Below the pieces are notes generated by a model that made no database searches, was not told the origin of the DNA, and worked only from the letters and a program-made list of their open reading frames with translations. Of a stretch of 64,000 nt of DNA, positions 59,082 through 64,000 are shown one piece after another. This stretch comes from Candidatus Eiseniibacteriota bacterium (GTDB taxonomy: Bacteria; Eisenbacteria; RBG-16-71-46; CAZAMP01). The DNA is taken from contig OZ245046.1 in the NCBI GenBank assembly GCA_965224245.1, forward strand, positions 2,240,001-2,304,000. The letters run 5' to 3'. Position 1 is the stretch's first letter. Each line of letters begins with the position of its first letter. A program made the translations under genes and the position numbers.

Positions 59082-60827
59082 ATGCGACTCAGTCAGCTGT
59101 TCGGGGACACCTATCGCGAACGACCGGCCGAGGCGTCGGCCAGGAGCCACGAGTACCTCCTCCGCGGGGCCTACATCCGCCCTCTCGCCGCCGGAATCTA
59201 CTCGTATCTGCCGCTCGCCACGCGCGTGATCCACAAGATCCAGGCCATCATCCGCGAGGAGATGAACGCCGTGGACGGTCAGGAGATCCTGATGCCGGTC
59301 GTCCACCCGGCCGAGATCTGGCAGGAGTCGGGGCGCTACCAGAAGGTCGGGCCCGAGATGGCCCGCCTGAACGACCGGGCCGGACGCCCGATGGTCCTGG
59401 CCATGACCCACGAGGAGGTCGTGACCGACCTGGCGCGCAAGGACCTCCGCTCGTACCGGCAGCTTCCGAAGGTCGTCTACCAGATCCAGACGAAGTTCCG
59501 GGACGAGCCGCGGGCCCGCGGCGGACTCATCCGGGTGCGCGAGTTCACGATGAAGGACGCGTACTCGTTCCACACCGACGTGGCCGATCTCGATCGATAC
59601 TACCCGAGCATGTACCGCGCGTACTTCCGCGTGTTCGATCGCTGCGGGCTGCCAACCGTGGCGGTGGCGTCGGACAGCGGCATGATGGGCGGCTCCGAGG
59701 CGCACGAGTTCATGGCCGTGACCGAGATCGGCGAGGACACGATCTTGCGCTGTCCCACCGGCGACTACGCCGCCAACCGCCAGGTCGCGCGCTTCCGCCG
59801 TCCGGAGGTCGCGCCAGAGGAGCCGGCGACGCTCACGAAGGTCGAGACGCCGGACTGCGAGACGATCGACGACGTCGCGTCGTTCCTGGGCGTTCCCACC
59901 TCGAGGACGGCCAAGGCGGTGTTCTTCAGCGCCACCATCGGCGACCGGGAGCGGCTGGTGTTCGCGGTCACCCGCGGCGACATGGACGTGAACGAGACCA
60001 AGCTGGCCAACGCGCTGGGCGCGCGCGAGCTCGTGGCCGCGCCCGACGAGGCCATTCGCGCCGTGGGCGCCGTCCCCGGCTACGCGTCCCCGATCGGGGT
60101 CCGGGACGCGATCGTCGTCGTGGACGAGCTCGTCGCCGCGTCGCCCAACCTCGTGACCGGCGCCAACGAGGCCGGCCACCACGTGACGGGCAGCAACTAC
60201 GGCCGCGACTACACGGCGGACCACGTGATCGACCTGGCCGCGGCCGAGGCCGGCTCGGCGTGTCCCGAGTGCGGGACCGCGCTCTCCGCCGACCGCGCGG
60301 TCGAGGTGGGCAACACGTTCAAGCTGGGCACGACCTACTCCGAGTCGATGCACGCGACCTACCTCGACGACAGCGGCGAATCGCACCCGATGGTCATGGG
60401 CTGCTACGGCATCGGCGTGGGTCGCACGCTGGCCGCCGTGATCGAGCACTCGCACGACGACGACGGCATCATCTGGCCGATCTCGATCGCGCCCTATCAC
60501 GTACACGTCGTCGTGCTCCGCGCCGATGCCGAGGGCATCGCCGACGCGACCGAGTCCATCGTGTCCACGCTGGAGGCAGACGGCGTCGAGGTGCTCGTGG
60601 ACGATCGCGACGAGATGGCGGGCGTGAAGTTCAAGGACGCCGATCTCATCGGTGTGCCCATCCGGCTCACCGTGAGCCCGCGCAACCACAAGAACGGGGC
60701 GGTCGAGCTGAAGATCCGGGGCGCCGACTCGGCCGTCGACGTGCCATACGACGACGTCGTGGCCACCGTGCGCGCGCGCATCACCGAGATGACGGCGGCG
60801 CTGGACGCGATCGCCGACGCGCGGTAG
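59082..60827 (+). CDS. proS: Proline-tRNA ligase (bacterial type with editing domain)
   Basis: MRLSQLF, THEE, QTKFRDEPR.RGGL.RVREF.MKDAYSF, MGCYGIGVGR. Confidence 0.98.
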   Translation: MRLSQLFGDTYRERPAEASARSHEYLLRGAYIRPLAAGIYSYLPLATRVIHKIQAIIREEMNAVDGQEILMPVVHPAEIWQESGRYQKVGPEMARLNDRAGRPMVLAMTHEEVVTDLARKDLRSYRQLPKVVYQIQTKFRDEPRARGGLIRVREFTMKDAYSFHTDVADLDRYYPSMYRAYFRVFDRCGLPTVAVASDSGMMGGSEAHEFMAVTEIGEDTILRCPTGDYAANRQVARFRRPEVAPEEPATLTKVETPDCETIDDVASFLGVPTSRTAKAVFFSATIGDRERLVFAVTRGDMDVNETKLANALGARELVAAPDEAIRAVGAVPGYASPIGVRDAIVVVDELVAASPNLVTGANEAGHHVTGSNYGRDYTADHVIDLAAAEAGSACPECGTALSADRAVEVGNTFKLGTTYSESMHATYLDDSGESHPMVMGCYGIGVGRTLAAVIEHSHDDDGIIWPISIAPYHVHVVVLRADAEGIADATESIVSTLEADGVEVLVDDRDEMAGVKFKDADLIGVPIRLTVSPRNHKNGAVELKIRGADSAVDVPYDDVVATVRARITEMTAALDAIADAR

Positions 60828-60833
60828 CCCGGC

Positions 60834-61538
60834 GTGATCGCCGGACGCACAACCACGGCGGGCGGCGGACGCGGGTCCCGGCAGCCGGGCGCGCCCATCG
60901 GCCGCGACGTGGATGCCGTCATCTTCGACCTCGGGAACGTGATCTGTGCGTTCGACGTCGCGCACATGTTCCGCCGGTGGTCGAAAACGCTGGGCATCCC
61001 CTTCAAACGCGTACGCGACGCGATCCGCTTCGGACCGGACGTGATCGACTTCGAGACGGGACGCATCACCGCCGACGAGTACCGGGCCATCGCGTCACGC
61101 GCGCTCGGCGTCGAGCTGAGCGTCGCCGACTTCGAGGACGGCTGGAACGCGATATTCGAAGGCGTGGTTCCGGGCATGGACACCCTGATCGCCGAGGTCG
61201 CCGCCACGTGCCGCACGGTCGTGCTGAGCAACACGAACCACACGCACGCCGAGTACTGGCGCAAAACGTTCGCCGACGTCCTGTCCCCGGTCGAGCGCGT
61301 GTTCTGCTCGCAGGAGATCGGGAGCCGAAAGCCCGAGCCGGATGCGTACCAAACCGTGATCGACTACCTCGGGCTGCCGCCATGGCGTGTGGCTTACTTC
61401 GACGACATGGCGGAGTTCGTCGAGGGGGGTCGCCGCGTGGGCCTGCGCGGCTACCGGGTCACGACCAGCGCCGAGGTGCGAACGGCACTCGGACGTCTCG
61501 GAATCCTGCGTGCAGGTGGGAACTCCGGGTCTCGTTGA
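60834..61538 (+). CDS. HAD-family phosphatase (YihX-like)
   Basis: IFDLGNVI, LSNTN..H, RKPEP, FDD. Confidence 0.88.
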   Translation: MIAGRTTTAGGGRGSRQPGAPIGRDVDAVIFDLGNVICAFDVAHMFRRWSKTLGIPFKRVRDAIRFGPDVIDFETGRITADEYRAIASRALGVELSVADFEDGWNAIFEGVVPGMDTLIAEVAATCRTVVLSNTNHTHAEYWRKTFADVLSPVERVFCSQEIGSRKPEPDAYQTVIDYLGLPPWRVAYFDDMAEFVEGGRRVGLRGYRVTTSAEVRTALGRLGILRAGGNSGSR

Positions 61539-61571
61539 CTTCGCCGGAGCGATCTGAAACGATCCGACGCC

Positions 61572-63488
61572 ATGACTTCACCCGAGCTTCCCCGCCATCG
61601 GCCGTGCACGAGCGGTCGCGCAACCCGAGTTCGCGGCTCGAGCGGCCGTACGATCGCGCGGTCGCGTGCCGGTGTGCGCCGGCTCGCGGTTGCCTCCCTG
61701 ACGGCGATGGCGACCCTCTGCGGCGGGTCCACGCACGCCGACCCGCCCGACGCCTACCGCGACGACGGCGAGCTCCGCGCGCGACTGTCCGAGCTCGCCT
61801 CCGGGCATCCCACGGTCGCGTCGGTCACGTCGATCGGCAAGACGTTCGAGGGTCGTGATCTCTGGGTGCTGACGATCGGCGCTCCCGAACAGGCACGCCC
61901 GGCGATCCTCCTCGATGCGGCGCACGACGGGCGCGACCTCGTGGCCAGCGAGGTGGCGCTCCGCGTGGCCGAGCGGCTTCTCGAGTCGCTGTCGCCCGAG
62001 GAGCTGATCGATCTGACCGGCACCGTCACGCTTCACGTGATCCCGCGGGCGAATCCGGACGGGATGGCCCGCGCCTTCGCCTCGGCGCCCCGCGAGCAGT
62101 CGCTCTTGCCCCGCCCGCGTGACGACGACGACGACGGGCAGGTCGACGAGGACGGACCGGACGACGTGAACGGCGACGGCGTGATCGGATGGATGCGCGT
62201 GCGCGATCCCCTCGGACGCTGGACCGCGGACCCGGCCGAGCCCCGCCTGCTCGTCGAGCGCATCGACGAGGACGAGGGGCCGTTCTATCGCCGCTACCGC
62301 GAGGGCGTCGACAACGACGGCGACGGTCTGGTGAACGAGGACGGCGAGGGCGGCGTAGCGCTCGATCACAGCTTTCCGCAGGGCTGGGAGCTCGAGCACG
62401 TACAGCCGCACGCGGGCCCCTACGCGACCAGCGAGCGCGAGACGGTGGCGCTCATCGAGCACGTGCTCGCGCATCCGGAGATCGCGATCGTGATCGCGCT
62501 CAGCCAGCTCGACCGGCCCGAGCGCCCGGGCGTCGAGGCCAGAAGCCACGTACCCGACGCCGATCAGACCGCGTACGCGTCCATCGACACGTGGGTCGAG
62601 GCGCTTCGCGGCTCGCCACTGAAGGTCGACTTCGACAGTCCGGGCTCCGGCCTCTTCGGCGGCGCGGGACAGCTCGTCCGGTCTCCTCCGCCGAAGGCGA
62701 AGGCCCCGCCCATCCCACGAGCGGTCGTCCCCGGTCGTTTTCTCGACTGGACGTACTTCCAGTCCGGCGCGTTCGCGCTGGCGCCGCAGATCTGGGTGAC
62801 CGCGCCCGAGCCCGTCGGGACGAGCGCGCCCGTCGAGGTATCCCCCCCGGACGGGGAGCCCGACGGTGACGACACCGGCGGCGAGGAAACCGAGAGCACC
62901 GGCACCGCGGATGACGAGGCCGACGGTGACGCCCCCGAGCCCCGCGATGCGGCCGAGGTGGCCTGGATCGCGTGGCTCGACGAGGTCGCGCCGGGCACCG
63001 TCCAGTCGTGGACGCCCTACCAGCATCCGACGCTGGGCGACGTCGAGCTCGGCGGTGTCGCCGCGGGCCCTCGGGCGTTTCCCGGCGAGGCGATTCTCGA
63101 CAGCCTCGCCACCGAGGTGACCGACCTCGTCGTCGCGCTCTCGACGCGTCTGCCCCGCGTGTCGGTCTCGGTCGCGTCGGAGTCACTCACCCCCACGTTG
63201 CACCGGGTCACGGCGACGATCGTGAACGCGGGCGATCTGCCCACGATGTCGGTGCAGGCGACCCGGACCGGGTCCTACTTCGAGCTGATGGCCGAGATCT
63301 CCGTACCGGCCACGCACGAGATCGTCGACGGCTTCCGGCGCGCGCGGGTCGGACGACTGGACGCCCGGAGCCGGCGCAGCGTCGAGTGGCTCGTCGAGGG
63401 ACCTGTTGGTGCACCGGTCTCGGTGGACGTGACCAGCTCGCGCGCGGGCAACGCCACCGCATCGGTGCGGCTGGGAGGCGGCTCATGA
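61572..63488 (+). CDS. M14 carboxypeptidase-like protein with degenerate zinc-binding motifs
   Basis: SIGKTFEGRDLW, PRANPDG, DDDDDGQVDEDGPDDVNGDG Ca-binding loops, SERET; zinc ligand motifs altered. Confidence 0.8.
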   Translation: MTSPELPRHRPCTSGRATRVRGSSGRTIARSRAGVRRLAVASLTAMATLCGGSTHADPPDAYRDDGELRARLSELASGHPTVASVTSIGKTFEGRDLWVLTIGAPEQARPAILLDAAHDGRDLVASEVALRVAERLLESLSPEELIDLTGTVTLHVIPRANPDGMARAFASAPREQSLLPRPRDDDDDGQVDEDGPDDVNGDGVIGWMRVRDPLGRWTADPAEPRLLVERIDEDEGPFYRRYREGVDNDGDGLVNEDGEGGVALDHSFPQGWELEHVQPHAGPYATSERETVALIEHVLAHPEIAIVIALSQLDRPERPGVEARSHVPDADQTAYASIDTWVEALRGSPLKVDFDSPGSGLFGGAGQLVRSPPPKAKAPPIPRAVVPGRFLDWTYFQSGAFALAPQIWVTAPEPVGTSAPVEVSPPDGEPDGDDTGGEETESTGTADDEADGDAPEPRDAAEVAWIAWLDEVAPGTVQSWTPYQHPTLGDVELGGVAAGPRAFPGEAILDSLATEVTDLVVALSTRLPRVSVSVASESLTPTLHRVTATIVNAGDLPTMSVQATRTGSYFELMAEISVPATHEIVDGFRRARVGRLDARSRRSVEWLVEGPVGAPVSVDVTSSRAGNATASVRLGGGS

Positions 63489-64000
63489 CGCGATGCATCG
63501 GCACCCATCGCGCGCGAGAGCACCACATCCCGAGACCGGTGGCGATCGCAGCCCTGGCGCTCGCGGTCTCGATCGCGGCCAGTGCGATCGACCGGACCGC
63601 GTCGAGCGCGGCCAGCGTCCCCCGTGAGCCCTCGCTGGTGGAGCCGTACCGGTTCCCGATGGACTTCAAGCACTTCTACGACTACGAGGACATGGCCGCC
63701 ACGCTGGAGCGCGTGGCCGACGCGTTCCCGGACCTGACGGAGCTTCGATCCATCGGTCGCAGCCGCGAAGGGCGCGACCTGTGGATGCTGCGCGTCACGA
63801 ACGAGAAGGTCGGCACGCCCGACGAGAAGCCGGCGATCTACGTCGACGGGAACATCCACGGGAACGAGATCCAGGCCACCGAGGTGTGCCTGTACGTCAT
63901 CCACGAGCTCGTCAACCGCGTGGGGCGCGACGAGCTCGTGACGCGCCTCCTGGACGAGCGCACGTTCTACATCGTGCCCACGGTGAACCCCGACTCTCGG
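63485..64000 (+). CDS. M14 family zinc carboxypeptidase (3' truncated by window edge)
   Basis: ATG overlaps the previous stop (ATGA); my translation gives SIGRSREGRDLW, IYVDGNIHGNE, YIVPTVNPD. Confidence 0.88.
   Translation, partial: MTRCIGTHRAREHHIPRPVAIAALALAVSIAASAIDRTASSAASVPREPSLVEPYRFPMDFKHFYDYEDMAATLERVADAFPDLTELRSIGRSREGRDLWMLRVTNEKVGTPDEKPAIYVDGNIHGNEIQATEVCLYVIHELVNRVGRDELVTRLLDERTFYIVPTVNPDSR

Noticed and set aside
58268-61858. 1196-aa plus-strand ORF
   Set aside because: Arg/Pro/Gly-rich alternate frame over proS and the HAD gene

Overview
High-GC bacterial chromosome segment. Secreted proteins with C-terminal FlgD-Ig/T9SS-A-like tails, a dockerin-like protein and a sulfatase-TPR protein suggest an FCB-group-type organism such as Eisenbacteria, Latescibacterota or Krumholzibacteriota; this is inference, not a placement. 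Most of the window is housekeeping: hrcA-grpE-dnaJ-rsmE-rpsU-mutS2-dnaG-rpoD (with CIRCE, no dnaK); glmM-glmS-ridA-tRNA-Sec-DUF5683-lepA-lepB-hemW-GT4-wcaJ; tRNA-Phe/Thr; LysR/ino1; rlmI-GT4-hddC-hddA; lysS; polA; proS. The most unusual part is 331-8039. A tRNA-Ile2 gene borders a small island with an 88-aa secreted 10-cysteine peptide gene followed by two secreted six-bladed beta-propeller genes. Next come a frameshifted DUF932 phage/plasmid pseudogene cut by an IS3-like remnant, a laminin-B-like/propeller/FlgD secreted protein and a stand-alone membrane-anchored TIR protein. Other points: a sensor-less sigma54 activator with a perfect sigma54 promoter of its own, a three-gene secreted hydrolase operon, an internally deleted HrcA, and several apparent pseudo-enzymes (histidine pseudokinase, PDZ-hydrolase lacking Ser, degenerate M14 peptidase next to an intact one). 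All family calls are from motif recognition by eye; no database searches were run.
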